Of a stretch of DNA of 64,000 bases, positions 10,913 through 24,602 are shown one piece after another. Where the stretch lies: contig NW_021833459.1 of assembly GCF_006345805.1 (NCBI RefSeq), positions 9,839 through 73,838 of the forward strand. The letters are read 5' to 3'. The position numbers and the translations under genes were made by a program. The number at the start of each line of letters is the position of its first letter. Positions within the stretch are counted from its first letter, which is position 1. The notes below the pieces were generated by a model that ran no database searches, was not told the origin of the DNA, and worked only from the letters and a program-made list of their open reading frames with translations. This stretch comes from Octopus sinensis. Its lineage: Eukaryota.

Positions 10913-12517
10913 ATAGACAACCTGAAAGAATGACAATGAGAGCCAAAGTTAAGTGGAGGCCGACTTAATGTTTTGAGCGTAAAATGGTCTAACATATAAA
11001 ATTACAATCACAATGATATGTATGTGTGTGGTTATGTGTATTAATATACGATGAATTAAACATGTATACTCAATATATATCGTAGACATTACTTGTGTTA
11101 ATTATTATGATGAATGCGTAAATTTCAATGCCTGATATTTCGGTTATATATTAGTATGTAACTGTAAAGAAAGACACGAAACGTATTGTGGCACTAAACA
11201 TATAAACATATATAGGATGAAAGACAGATGAAAGATTGATTAATAACTCGATGCCTTCTCAGAAGGTGACTGATCACATTTACCGATTTACTAATGCCAT
11301 ACAAAACATTCCATTACACTCCACCGAATTTGAAAGATCTCGCTTGATGATTACTTTTAAGAATAGATAACATTTGTATTTATTTCTTAACCGCAGAAAT
11401 ATCTTCTCGGCAAATAGCTCGCCAACATAATTTATTTTACTTCACTTAACTTTATTTCTTAAGAACCATTGTTCTCTAGAGTTTCAGATGTTGAATTTTA
11501 TTGTAATTTTATTGTCCGAGTTCTGTCAAAGAATTACAATGATTGCTACTGTTTGTGGTCCGTATAAAGCTACATTGTTGAAACGTATCTCACAGACAAG
11601 GTTATAACATGGATATAGTAGGGGACATATTGGATGGCCGGAACACCATTGAATGCTTCCACTTAATGAAGTGTACCTCAGACAAGATTGATTGGCAGGG
11701 CTCTCAGGTATCAAAATGACTACTTACTTTGCTTCAGGCAGTGAGTTACTTCTACCCAATTGTTAGTTATTTCCTTGAATAATACTACACAATATACAAG
11801 TCTGATGCCTTAGTTATATTCTCAAAATAGTCTATGGCATCGGTTTCTTTCGAAGAAACAATTCTCGCAGTTAATTTTCCAGTAATGTTATTAAATCGAT
11901 ATATCTTTCTCAAATACTACGCAAAGAGTTACAAAAGTAGGTGATTTGTAAAAGTGTGGGACAGTTATTAAGATATACACCAATGCATGCATTAACATGT
12001 GGGGTGTGCGTTCATGAAAACCAACTATTCCTCCATGGTTAGCGTGTAGTATATTGTAAATGACAATGAAAGGTGCAAATAAATTTGCTCAGAAAAAATG
12101 AACTGAAATAAATTGATACTAATCATGATGATAATAATAATGATAATAATAATAATAATAATAATAATAAAATTCGAGTAATATTTCGAGCATTGGGTAT
12201 GATAAAAAACTTACGAAAATAAAGTGGAAACTACACCTATCCGTGAATACCACGCACTATCCAAAACTTAGAACTGCTAGGAACAGCCCAGTTCCTACAC
12301 AAGTCACTTTCAGTTCAATTGTAGAATCCAAATAAGGTAATATATAAAATGTGAAACAGAATCTCTACCATAAATATCCTGTAAAATAAACAAACACCGC
12401 AAGGTCACAAGCTGTTTGTCTTGATATGAGATCAATATATCACGCACATATGGTTGTAATGCATGTGCCTGGTGTAAAATTACTACTACTAATAATAATG
12501 TATATATAAATAATACT

Positions 12518-12673
12518 GGCTTCAAATTTTCCACAAGGGGAGGAGTAAGTCGATTATAAGGGGAGGAGTAAGTCGATTGCATTCACTCAGTGCTCGATTG
12601 GTACTTATTTTATCAACCCCGAAAGGATAAAAGGCATAGTCGACCCCTGCGGAATTTTAACTCAGAACGTAAA
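12518..12673 (-). mobile_element. SINE family B, partial, with a ~22-bp internal tandem duplication
   Basis: GGTACTTATTTTATCAACCCCGAAAGGATAAAAGGC..GCGGAATTTTAACTCAGAACG; AAGGGGAGGAGTAAGTCGATT x2. Confidence 0.8.
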
Positions 12674-12699
12674 TAATAATAATACCAATGGGGGCAGAA

Positions 12700-13375
12700 G
12701 CACTCATATGCGCAGCTCAGGAACAAGCGTTAAGGACCAACTATTTGAAGTGCAGAATAGACAACACTACCGATAGTAACAAACGCAGAATGATTGGTGA
12801 GAGGATTAAAACTGTATGGCACATCGTTAGAGAATGCCCGAAATTGACATAAGTTGATACAAAAATGTCATGACAATGTTGCAAGAATGATCCATTGGGA
12901 GCTCTGTGGAAATCACGGCCTAGAAAGAGCAAAGACGTGCTATGAGCAAACGGCTGAAGGAATCATCGAAAACAAGAACTGGAAAATCCAGTGGGATGCA
13001 ATGGTCCAGTCCGATCACCAGACCAAACATCGGAGATGTGGTGAATAAAAAAGTAAGAACATGTATGATTATCGACATAGCATGCCCCGGTGACAAAAGA
13101 TTAATGTGAAAGTAGTGAGTTTAAACAACTATGACGATTTGAATTGGGAAATACGAAGGTTGTGGTCAATGAAGAGAGTGGGCCTGATACCACCACTCAA
13201 CTACCAGCATGACTGAAAAAGATTAGTGCAAGTGTGACGGTAGAACATCTACAAATATCAGCCTTGCTTGGAACTGCAAGATTTCTTGAAGCATAACCAG
13301 TAAACAAGTGTCACCTTAGTCTGCTGCCTGTGGACAGCTGACGCTTTCTATCATACCCAGCAATAGTAATCATAA
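12700..13375 (+). mobile_element. R4/Dong-type non-LTR retrotransposon 3' fragment (CCHC plus restriction-like endonuclease), pseudogenised
   Basis: Fragments translate to EALICAAQEQALRTNYLKCRID..., HDNVARMIHWELCG.HGLERA...WDAM.Q.DH, MIIDIACPGD, and EHLQISALLGTARFL. Flanked by (TAA)n. Confidence 0.85.
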
Positions 13376-15261
13376 TAATACATGTAAATTAGAACGCCCC
13401 AACTTCTATAAGGACATACATATTGGCATTCCAGTTAATGGATAAAGAAACAAGTTAATATAGAATATTGTGCAAGGAGCTAATTACTCCGCGCACAGAT
13501 TTAACTTTAGTTAATCCTACACAAGCTTGTATCACGAGTTCGGGTCACTGAAAAACTCGTGTACTGCTTTAAACAAAAGTCCATCAAAACTGAATTCGTA
13601 TAACGTTTTTAGAAGCAAGGCTGGGTTTAGCTTTGACAAATGTGATGAAGTCTAGATTTTCAACGCTGAATTGAAAATTCAGATCTGTTCAGTATGCCAA
13701 GTTTGAGAGTATGAATTTGAACATATAGACACACATACATACATACATACATACATGCATGCATAAACGCACACGCACACATACACACAAACACATGCTC
13801 ATATATTTACATGCACGTATGCAGTATTTGAACTCTAATATTTCTATTATATTCCTGTAAAAATTTCTGATGTTCAAAATTTGTTACAGTTGTGTATTGG
13901 TAAACAGTTATTTTCTCAAAAAATATTTTTCAATTATTTCAAAAATACACATATACGCGCACTAGAAGCACGGAGAAAAGAAAATACGCTAATATATATA
14001 TATATGAATCTGTGTGTGCGCGATCGCGTGCATGCGTGTGTGTATGTGTGTGTTTGTATGTTTGTGTGCGTGTGTGTGAATGTATTTGTGTGTGCGTGAC
14101 TGTACTTATATGGTGTCTGTATCTTAACATATAATATAAATTTTCTGCAGCATATACTTTACGCATTTCTTTTTTTAAAAATATGAATACTATATTTTAA
14201 AGAACAGCACTGTATTCAAATATAATATCGTGTAGTCTTTGTTCCACAGTTACTATAATATCGATATGTTATGAGAATAAAGATGCTGACCTATTTCTGC
14301 ATTTCTATGAATCTAAACTATGTAGAGATCGTTCTGCTTTTAGTTTTATTTAGGCAATTACCCAAATGGTACAGCCTTGGCAGCATTTACAAAGATGGAG
14401 AGTATACGAATGTTTAGGATACAGCTTCGAGTTGACAACTTGATGCTTTCGAAATATCTTCTATTGTATACATATGTATGTTTATTATTATTGAGGCCTG
14501 TCTGATTGATTTTCTGTACGATCTTCGAGTAATTTCTGCTAGCAAATGTGTTCGTTTCACGCTCTTTCACAAGCTTGCGTTTGTGTCTGTGTTTTAATTG
14601 ATTTTTCTTGATCGACCTGTCGACTCTACTGATATATCTATGTGTTGGCGTCGTTTGATATTTGCATATTATGTTATGTTGTTGCATTTTTATATGCTGT
14701 GTGTTAGACGTCATAATGTATTGGCCATTTCTGTTTAATAAATAGAAAGCCTGATTGATGTTTGTTTGCTATTTACGAGGTAATTCTATATCAAATGGAC
14801 TCATTATTGTTCAGTGTCGGTCTGTCTTTCACCACCAATAATGTAGTCTATTAATGAGTGTTGAGTTCGATTTTTGCAAAGAAGTGCGTAGGCAACATAT
14901 CTGAACACAGCATTTACTTAAATAAATTGAAGATGCAGTTATTTTTAAGAACTAATATCAGTTCCATAGAAAATAAATCATTTGGGAGGGTGAGAGTTTT
15001 TGAACATTGAAAGGACAGGGACAAACTATGTAACTCAAACCCGATATTGAATTGACGTATGGAAGTAGTACAAAATTTATTGGCAAATTAGGATAATTAG
15101 GAGAATACACATAGTGGCAGTAAAAAGACTGGCAAATTAAGTCAAATACTGCTGTGAGGGAGCAAATGTAGAAAGTGGGGGATTAAAAATGGAAGGAAAG
15201 AAACGTGAATTAAAGAAGAAGAGAAGTAATCCTGAAATATAATAATAATAAATAGACCAGG

Positions 15262-15420
15262 AGGCGCAGGAGTGGCTGTGTGGTAAGTAGTTTGCTAACC
15301 AACCACATGGTTCCGGGTTCAGTCCCACTGCGTGGCATCTTCTACTATAGCCCCGGGCCGACCAATGCCTTGTGAGTGGATTTAGTAGACGGAAACTGAA
15401 AGAAGCCTGTCGTATATATG

Positions 15421-15465
<45 letters not shown>

Positions 15466-15682
15466 TTGTGTGTCTGTGTTTGTCCCCCTAGGATTGCTTG
15501 ACAACCGATGCTGGTGTGTTTATGTCCCCGTCACTTAGCGGTTCGGAAAAAGAGACCGATAGAATAAGTACTGGGCTTACAAAGAATAAAGTCCGGGGTC
15601 GATTTGCTCGACTAAAGGCGGTGCTCCAGCATGGCCGCAGTCAAATGACTGAAACAATTAAAAGAGTGAAAGAGTAAAAGAG
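15262..15682 (+). mobile_element. SINE family A, near full length
   Basis: AGGCGCAGGAGTGGCTGTGTGGTAAG head through ATGACTGAAACA..AAAGAG tail; possible AGACCA TSD. Confidence 0.92.
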
Positions 15683-16123
15683 ACCATTACATTAAAAACA
15701 CATAAACAGAGGATGAGTGATAGAGAAATGAGAGATTTTTATAAAGGAGAAAATAAACTTCGAGTAGAGGCATTGTTGTTGTTCAGCCACATGCCCTCAG
15801 TGATCTAGCGGACGTTAGTGCCAATACTGCCCACTCGTTACCACCGGCTATGTTGGTCTAATTACATAGCGCAGTAAATCGGTACTTTTCTAAAATATGG
15901 TCGGAGATTATATGAGAGATATTTGGTTGTTATTTGAAGGAGATCGAGCATTTACATCGAGACCACAAGTCGCTGCGTTGAAATATGATAATGCTCGGTG
16001 TATAAGAAGGATACCAGAAATGCAAGGTTCTTTGCAGTGAAAACGGAAAGGAAAAAATTAATTTAAAAATAAACGAGACGGACAAACAAATAAAGTGCTG
16101 TACATCAGCTGTATCATATCTCT

Positions 16124-16351
16124 CTCTTTTACTCTTTTACTTGTTTCAGTCATTTGACTGCGGCCATGCTGGAGCACCGCCTTTAGTCGAGCAAATCGAC
16201 ACCGGAACTTATTCTTTGTAAGCCCAGTACTTATACTATCGGTCTCTTTTGCCGAACCGCTAGTGACGGGGACGTAAACACACCAGCATCGGTTGTCAAG
16301 CAATGCTAGGGAGACAAACACAAACACACAAACACATACACACACACACAC

Positions 16352-16385
<34 letters not shown>

Positions 16386-16546
16386 GACAGGCTTCTTTCA
16401 GTTTCCGTCTACCAAATCCACTCACAAGGCATTGGTCGGCCCGGGGCTATAGCAGAAGACACTTGCCCAAGATGCCACGCAGTGGGACTGAACCCGGAAC
16501 CATGTGGTTGGTTAGCAAGATACTTACCATAGCCACTCCTGCGCCT
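16124..16546 (-). mobile_element. SINE family A, full length
   Basis: Same head, body and tail as the 8228 copy. Confidence 0.92.
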
Positions 16547-16940
16547 GGTAAATGATAAACTATATCTTTTGTATATTAAATTCTAACTAATGAAGCTTTT
16601 ACCATCTGCGTGTACAGTATGCATGAGAATTAGCAATTAAATTACTATACCGATTATCATGTTTCTCGAGGTTCGGAAAAAATTGCATAAAAACTTACAA
16701 CGTGACGATAGATCTTAATCAAGTGAATAAAGAATGTTTTCAATGTTCTAGCGAAGTAAACTTGGAGAAAGTTTACGATAGTAAATATATACTTTTAGAA
16801 GCAAATAATGTGGGAAATTGCAGATCGTTCACTATACTTTGCGTTCACAACGAGCCACATGCTTTCAGAATGAGTAGTCATGAATACGTCTGTAAGCATG
16901 TATATATGTATGCCAATATCTTTACCTATCTATCTAATTT

Positions 16941-17168
16941 CTTTATTGCCAACAAATGGCTACACACAGAGGGGACAAACAAGGACAGACAAAAGGCTTA
17001 AGTCGATTACATCGACCCCAGTGCGTAACTGGTACTTAATTTAATCGACCCCGAAAGGATGAAAGGCAAAGTTGACCTCGGCGGAATTTAAACTCAGAAC
17101 GTAACGGCAGACGAAATACTATTAAGCATTTCGCCCGGCGTGCTAACAGTTCTGCCAGCTCACCAGCC

Positions 17169-17169
<1 letters not shown>
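16941..17169 (-). mobile_element. SINE family B, full length
   Basis: Head GGTGAGCTGGCAGAA..GTTAGCACGCCGGGCG, body GCCTTTCATCCTTTCGGGGTCGATTAAATTAAGTACCAG, tail TGTGTGTAGCC..AATAAAGAAAT. Confidence 0.9.

Positions 17170-17258
<89 letters not shown>
17170..17258. repeat. (TCTA)n tetranucleotide microsatellite
   Basis: About 22 perfect units. Confidence 0.95.
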
Positions 17259-17309
17259 ACGCACACACACACGCGCGCGCATACGTACACATAAGTGTAT
17301 ACATGTATG

Positions 17310-17530
17310 AAATAACCAGTCGTTAGTATAGCTATAGCTCAGCAAAATTATGGAATATTGATGTTGAACATGTGTAAATACACAATCACACACACACATA
17401 AATGCATACACACACACACATAAGTGTGTATGTGTGTATGAATGTGATTATTTTTTTGTATATGTTCAATAACAATCATCAATATTCCTTGATTTAGCTG
17501 AAGTATAGCTATACTAACAACTGGTTATTT
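17310..17530. mobile_element. Foldback/MITE-like element with ~55-bp imperfect inverted arms
   Basis: AAATAACCAGTCGTTAGTATAGCTATA..GGAATATTGATG..TTGAACAT versus the reverse complement of ATGTTCAA..CATCAATATTCC..TATAGCTATACTAACAACTGGTTATTT; CA-rich then TG-rich centre. Confidence 0.7.
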
Positions 17531-17567
17531 TATTCATATATACCATACATACATACATATATATATA

Positions 17568-17728
17568 GCAGGAGTGGCTGTGTGGTAAGTGCTTGCTTAC
17601 CAACCACATGGTTCCGGGTTCAGTCCCACTGCGTGGCATCTTAGGCAAGTGTCTTCTGCTATAGCCCCGGGCCTACCAATGCCTTGTGAGTGGATTTGGT
17701 AGACGGAAACTGAAAGAAGCATGTCGTA

Positions 17729-17769
<41 letters not shown>

Positions 17770-17989
17770 TTGTGTGTGTTTGTGTGTCTGTCTTTGTGTC
17801 CCTAGCATTGCTTGACAACCGATGCTGGTGTGTTTACGTGCCCCTCACTTAGCGGTTCGGTAAAAGAGACCGATAGAATAAGTACTGGGCTTACAAAGAA
17901 TAAGTCCCGGGGTCGATTTGCTCGACTAAAGGCGGTGCCCCAGCATGGCCGCAGTCAAATGACTGAAACAAGTAAAAGTGTAAAAGAGT
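17568..17989 (+). mobile_element. SINE family A, full length
   Basis: As for the other family A copies. Confidence 0.92.
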
Positions 17990-18439
17990 ATATATACATA
18001 TATATATATATATATATACATACATACACCCACCCACCCACCCACCCACACTCTCACCAATCTATATGTATATATGTTAATGAATAACAAAGTGTATTTA
18101 CAGCAGCAGAGGTTTTGAAATCATTTAGTGGGGAGGGAATTACTTTTTTGGCGTGAACTCGTAGCATATCACACACTTATCATATCGCAAGTATACATAC
18201 ACGAGTGAGACTTGTACAAATATTCACCCTCTCCCATTCATCTATCTATCTGTCTATCCATGAATATATCTGTCTTTCTATCCACCTATCTGTTTGATTC
18301 GATATATCCATTAAACCATGCCTGTCTGTTTATCTACCCAACAATCTCTCTATCTATTCGTCTGTCTGGCAACCTGTTTATATCGGTCTATCTGCCTGTT
18401 CGTTTGTTTGACTATGTTGTCTGTCGTTCTATCAGCGTA

Positions 18440-18819
18440 GTGGAGGCGCAATGGCCCAGTGGTTAGGGCAGTGGAGTCTCGGTCATAGTATCGCGGTTTC
18501 GATTCCCAGACCGGGCGTTGTGAGTGTTTATTGAACGAAAACACCTAAAAGCTCCACGAGGCTCCGACAGGGATGGTGGTGATCCCTGCTGTACTCTTTC
18601 ACCACAACTTTCTCTCACTCTTACTTCCTGTTTTTGTTTGTACCTGTATTTCAAAGGGCCGGCCTTGTCACTCTCTGAATATCCCCGAGAACTACGTTAA
18701 GGGTACACGTGTCTGTGGAGTGCTCAACCACTTACACGTTAATTTCATGAGCAGGCTGTTCCGTTGATTCGGATCAACCGGAACCCTCGTCGTCGTAACC
18801 GACGGAGTGCTTCCATCCA
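18440..18819 (+). mobile_element. SINE family C (tRNA head), full length with 12-bp TSD
   Basis: A box TGGCCCAGTGG, B box GGTTTCGATTCCC; TSD TCTATCAGCGTA at 18428-18439 and 18820-18831. Confidence 0.88.
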
Positions 18820-19059
18820 TCTATCAGCGTATTATTCTGTCTGTCTGTCTATATCTCTCTCGTCTCGTTGCTTAGGCAAAAACTAACTAACCGACACTGG
18901 CAGGAATACAAAGATATAGAGTATGCTTTTGAACGCAGGAGAGTGCACAACTGCCCCGTGTGTGTGTGTGTGTGTGTGTATGTGCTCGTGCACGTGTGTG
19001 TGTGCGTCTGTGTGTGCATATTTTCTTGTTCATGTCACCTTCACCCGTACCTACCAGAC

Positions 19060-19690
19060 TGATCTTTTCGGCCACACCCTCTTCTCGACCGCATAATTTC
19101 TATCATATTTTCCCAGCCCTCTACCCTACATCTTCGTTTAGCAATTCTACGAGACTTCCAACTTTTCCAACCCAATCGTACCACTTCGATGATTTCACCA
19201 ACCACCTCCCCCATTTTTGGAACGAACCCTAAACCTGCGTGATCGTATCTCCTTACCCTCTTCCACTCTCACTCATCCTGGATCCCTACCTTCAGAACCC
19301 AAGTGCAACACATCCTTTCATCACCAACTCCATCTCCCTCACTGGTACCACTAACACACTGTTCACACCCGTGACTCTTTGCATGCATCTCATATAATAT
19401 CACTTATTGCCCAAAATGTACTGTATTTGGGTTTTTGCTTTTTGAATGGTCTTATTGCCGTCTAGCCGACTGGTTTAATCATCATGTACGAGATATCCTC
19501 ATCCAGAAAAATACACCTGTTGCCCACCACTTCAGCTCCATAAACCACCCCACCTAACACTTGACAGTGTTCCACATGTCCTTACGTCATGGATCTGCTA
19601 CAACCACAGTTTGCAAGGAGCAACGGTGCATCTTATTACGGCATCATACACCGTTTACACCTAACGTCCCGCCTTCTACCAACAGATTTT
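19060..19690 (+). pseudogene. Penelope-like element: degenerate linker zinc-finger and GIY-YIG endonuclease region
   Basis: RLADWFNHHVRDILIQKNTPVAHHFSSINHPT*HLTVF from 19459, plus upstream PKCNT and CPKCTV pieces; matches the PLE pattern R..RF.EH......PVA.HF...H. Confidence 0.65.
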
Positions 19691-19805
19691 TTATAGTAAT
19701 AGCTCTCTTCTTGTAACATACATTGTAACAATCTCATTCTCTTTTACTCTACCTTCATTCTCTTCTTTCCTTTCCACTTATATTCCAAACACTCTTATAC
19801 AGTCA

Positions 19806-20093
19806 CAATGCCTTGTGAGTGGATTTGGTAGACGGAAACTGAAGGAAATCTGTCACATATATATATACACACATATGTGTGTATGTGTTCGTGTGTGTGT
19901 GCATTTGTTCGCGCGTGTGTGTGTGTGTGTGTTTACATCTGAGTCTGTTTGTGTACGTCCCCAACATCGCTTGACAACCGATGCTGGTGTGTGTACGTCC
20001 CCGTAATCTTGCGGTTCGGCAACAAGAGCAGGATAGAATATATACTAAGCTTACAAAATATAAGTCTTGGCCGACGTCAAATGACTGAAACAA
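19806..20093 (+). mobile_element. SINE family A, 5'-truncated and diverged
   Basis: Starts at CAATGCCTTGTGAGTGGATTTGGTAGACGG; ends CAAATGACTGAAACA. Confidence 0.8.
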
Positions 20094-20232
20094 ATAATAC
20101 GATATTTATATATCATTTATATATATATATATATAACAAATAATATCATATTTATATATTATTTATATATATATAAAACAAATAATACGATATTTATATA
20201 TATATATATATATATATAAATATCGTATTATT

Positions 20233-20264
<32 letters not shown>

Positions 20265-20345
20265 TCATCCATCCGTAGATAGATACATACATACATACAC
20301 ACGCGCGCGCACAAATGCACACGCACGAACACATACACACATATG

Positions 20346-20416
<71 letters not shown>

Positions 20417-23400
20417 TCATCCATCCACAGATAGATACATACATTGAAGTGAAATTTTTCCTTTGAATTCATGTGCGAAAATCAAAATTAGTCTGCAAAT
20501 AATAAAAGACGTTAAATAACCACTGCTTTAGATTATAATTTAGTGCCAATAGAAATATTTAAACATTGAGAATTCAAGTTTGAACATCGATGGATGGACT
20601 TTTAAACATACTTCGAGTAGAATGGACGACATTTATATGTCACTCGTTATTTCTTCATTTAATAAACCTTTAAACTCGCATTGAAAAACACTAATGGGTT
20701 ATATGACGTAACTTCAGTTTCCTAACATTCACGAAAAGCATCAAGAGTTAGCTTAACTAAAATCTTCAAAAGAAACGAAAGATAATGAAAACGTTGAAAG
20801 TGACGCTGGCTTTTAAAAGTTGACGCCATATTACGTGTGACTGATCAAGAGCTGTGAAAGCAAATGGATGAGATGAGATGAAGTGACATAGAGATATTTA
20901 CAGTATAGAAAGAGGAGATATCGTGGCAGATAGAGAATAGATGAGCGACAGACAATTGAAGAGGTAGACCGGCAAATGTAAATTAAAGAGGCAGAAAAGT
21001 ATAAACGATGAGATTTGAGAAAGATACTGGAATATATAAAAGAGTGAATGTAGCTGTTAGCAGAGGGGAAGACAGATAAAGTGAAAGAGGCAGGATCAAA
21101 ATTCTGAAGAAATAAAAAGAAAGATACAGAGTTAAGGAAAGGTGATTGCATCAGTTGATAACGACGCGAAGACACAAATGTATGAATGATTGGATAGACT
21201 TGGATAAGTAGGAGAGATATACAACGTGGATAGAATACACGAAGTTTAGTTGAATATCATAAGCGTCATGAATTTCCAAGATATGAAAATATCTGCATAG
21301 ACATTAAATCATCCCGTAAGATGTGATATCAAAAGTTTGAAACCTACATGAAACATTGCAATTTTAAAGCAAACTGTCTTTTAAAAGCTGGTCCATTAAG
21401 CTGAAGATTACAGTAGTCAGGAAATTTCAAAATTTATGGCTGGATATAGGATCAGAAATTTGGAATAAATCAGTATATTTTGGTTGTTTGTTTCTTAAAC
21501 AAAAAAAATGTAATATGAATACTACCATGCACTGCTAAATATGTGAGTGCATGTGTATATTTTGTGTATTTAGGGAGACCTGAAACGTTGTAAGGGTGTG
21601 TAGTTTGCATCGAACTTCCTAAGATTTTAATTGATATGTAATAACACAACTCTACGAAACTAAGATTTCCAACTATTTTATTTCGTCAACATCTACCAGT
21701 CTTTCAATATTCTTATTTCAATTCTGAGTGGTTATGGAATACGAAAATAGCTAAATTGCTATGTATCTAATTGTCTGATTATTCTGCTTGTCTGTCAATG
21801 TGTGTATATCTGTATGTATTTCTGTCCTACAGTATATGATATTGCACTTCACAATTATTTTCTTTTTAACTCAAACACCCACTGTTTTTATTGTACTATT
21901 TTGTCTTTCATAACAGTTCGGCCAAACGTCTGATAGAATATTTCGATTAAACCCGTTAATGTACTGCTCCATATACACATGTGTATGCACACACACACAC
22001 AAACACATATACACACAAACTAACATAAGTGTACGCGCACAAACGCTTATACACACCCACACACGCGCACACACACACACATTCACACACATATGTACAT
22101 ACATGTTGTCACCTACATTCAATATATATGTACAATATATATATACACTAGCTTATATAGTGGGTGCTTTTTCGTATACGAGCAAATCCATTGCTAGAAA
22201 TAATCATTGGAACGGGCAATTGATAATGCCATGTGAGGCTTTTATATGCCTCGTGAGCCCCACCTAATATTTGCACAGAGTATTGTATAATGCACTATTG
22301 TGCTGGGTAGCAGAAATAACCGGGGACACAGAATGAAGTTCCTTGACATGTCTTTTAATCCTCCCACTGAAACACATACCTTTCTCATCTTTCAATATCT
22401 GTATTATAATTTATATATATGAATGTGTATGGGTGTGTTTATGTGGGTATATATATTCTTATGTACATATGTATATACATTATTTATTCTGAATATGTTT
22501 AATATATTTTCATTTATTGTAATGAAATCAGTAAATATGATAAAAGTAACAGTTTTAATATGTACATACGAATACATTTTTTCTTTGGTCATATGTGTAA
22601 TAAGTGTTTTAAAATATATTTCTAGAATAATATCCTTTTGTCAGTTATTTCAAACATCATGCGATAGGAGTTCTAATTCTACTTAAAATTGCACAGGAAA
22701 TTGAGTGTTCTTGAGGAAATATCAAGAAGAGTTAATGTTTTTCTGCGTCAAAAGTTTGTTACATAGTAAAGCAAAAGCTATTTACAAGCTATATTTCCAT
22801 ACATAATCAAACAAGCCACTTTAAGGTTTTAAACACATATAATTCTTATCGCAATTATCATATTGCACATATACCTAGGTACCCATGCGGGATGGGTTTT
22901 TTTAAAAAGATAATGACTTTACCTGCTATATTTACCATGTGTTTTTTCTGTTTGCGTATGAATGTATATCAGCATATGAAATGATTCCTTATTAGCCTTT
23001 TTGCTTTCATATTTGGTTGGGAAGATACCTTAACGTTTAAAACTTTCTCCAATTTCATCTCATCTTCTGTGTGATTTTTAGATTGTAGTGTTGTTGTTTG
23101 TTTTATACGTCAAAGCATATGAGACAGATGCAATTTCCATTACCGTATTTTAAATATTTGAATAATGTTACCATATTATTTCCAGTGATCCATAACACTT
23201 TGTTTGCTTCAAGTGTTTTGTATTTGTGTGTTAATTTAAATTTGCTATCAATAAATTTTGTGTAGATAACACAATATAACAAGCTTGCAACTTGTTCCCT
23301 TATATACATAAGAGGGAAATATAATTTACCGTACTCATTCATATATAGTACAGCAGGTAAGAGCGAGAAGTTCCGAAAAATGTGATGTACCTAAAAATGG

Positions 23401-23476
23401 CATTAATCAAAATACGAATTATTAATAAAAATATATATGGATATAAACAATTAAAGTCAAACTCAGTCTTATCATA

Positions 23477-23520
<44 letters not shown>

Positions 23521-23523
23521 TCA

Positions 23524-23933
23524 TTTTACTCTTTTACTCTTTTATTTGTTTCAGTCATTTTGACTGCGGTAATGCTGGAGCACCGCCTTTAGTCGAGCAA
23601 ATCGACCCCGAGACTTATTATTTGTAAGCCCAGTACTTATTCTATCGGTCTATTTTGCCGAACCGCTAAGTGACGGGGACGTAAACACACCAGCATCGGT
23701 TGTCAAGCAATGCTAGGGGGACAAACACAGACACACACTCACTCATATATATATATACATACATATATACGACAGGCTTCTTTCAGTTTCTGTCTACCAA
23801 ATCCACTCGCAAGGCATTGGTTGGCCCGGGGCTATAGCAGAAGTCACCTGCCCAAGATGCCACGCAGTGGGAATGAACCCGGAACCATGTGGTTGGTTAG
23901 CAAGCTACTTACCACACAGCCACTCCTGCGCCT
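23524..23933 (-). mobile_element. SINE family A, full length
   Basis: As for the other family A copies. Confidence 0.92.
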
Positions 23934-24561
23934 ATACGTATATATTGAGACGCTTTTATATACTGAAAGGGACACACACATATCGATATATGCGTAGGGA
24001 CATCGAGATTAAGATTTCTACTTTTCAGAAAATTTTCGATTAATTATTAAAACCAAAATTGTCTAAATGCAGTTATTATCGACATGTGTAGTAAATAACT
24101 GGGATTCTTACATTCTTCCCTTTTTAGATGATTGTAAATCTATAATTTACGAGCCGTTTTCCTTGTAGCAGCCCCTTAAATATTTATTTTGAATATTGCC
24201 AATGTTTTACCATAGAAAATTTAAATAATTTTTCTCGGCTGAAGTCACCATTACCATTATCATCTGTCACTTATGGGAAATGATTTTCACAGTCGTCCAG
24301 GATCCAAGAGACGCAGCATCCGATGCCCGTAGCGATTATGCGCAATTTTTATCCTTTTCAAAAGTAGAATTTACTTAATATATCAGAAGCTATTATATTT
24401 AGTTCAATTGCATCAACTACAGAAATAGTTGTTTTCTAATATTGCAGTCCTTCCAGTGAAATGATCATATAATTTAAGCATGGTGAATTTGCAATTCCAT
24501 TGGACGTTATTATGAGTCCATCTCCCTCTTTATCTCTGTGTGCGTATGTCTGTGTTATATA

Positions 24562-24602
<41 letters not shown>

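Noticed and set aside
15262-15335. tRNA genes at the SINE heads (also 18440, 41146, 49490)
   Set aside because: A/B boxes are present, but there is no complete cloverleaf or acceptor stem, and each continues into a repeat body.
24255-24353. 99-nt minus-strand candidate exon
   Set aside because: Stop codons in all three frames.
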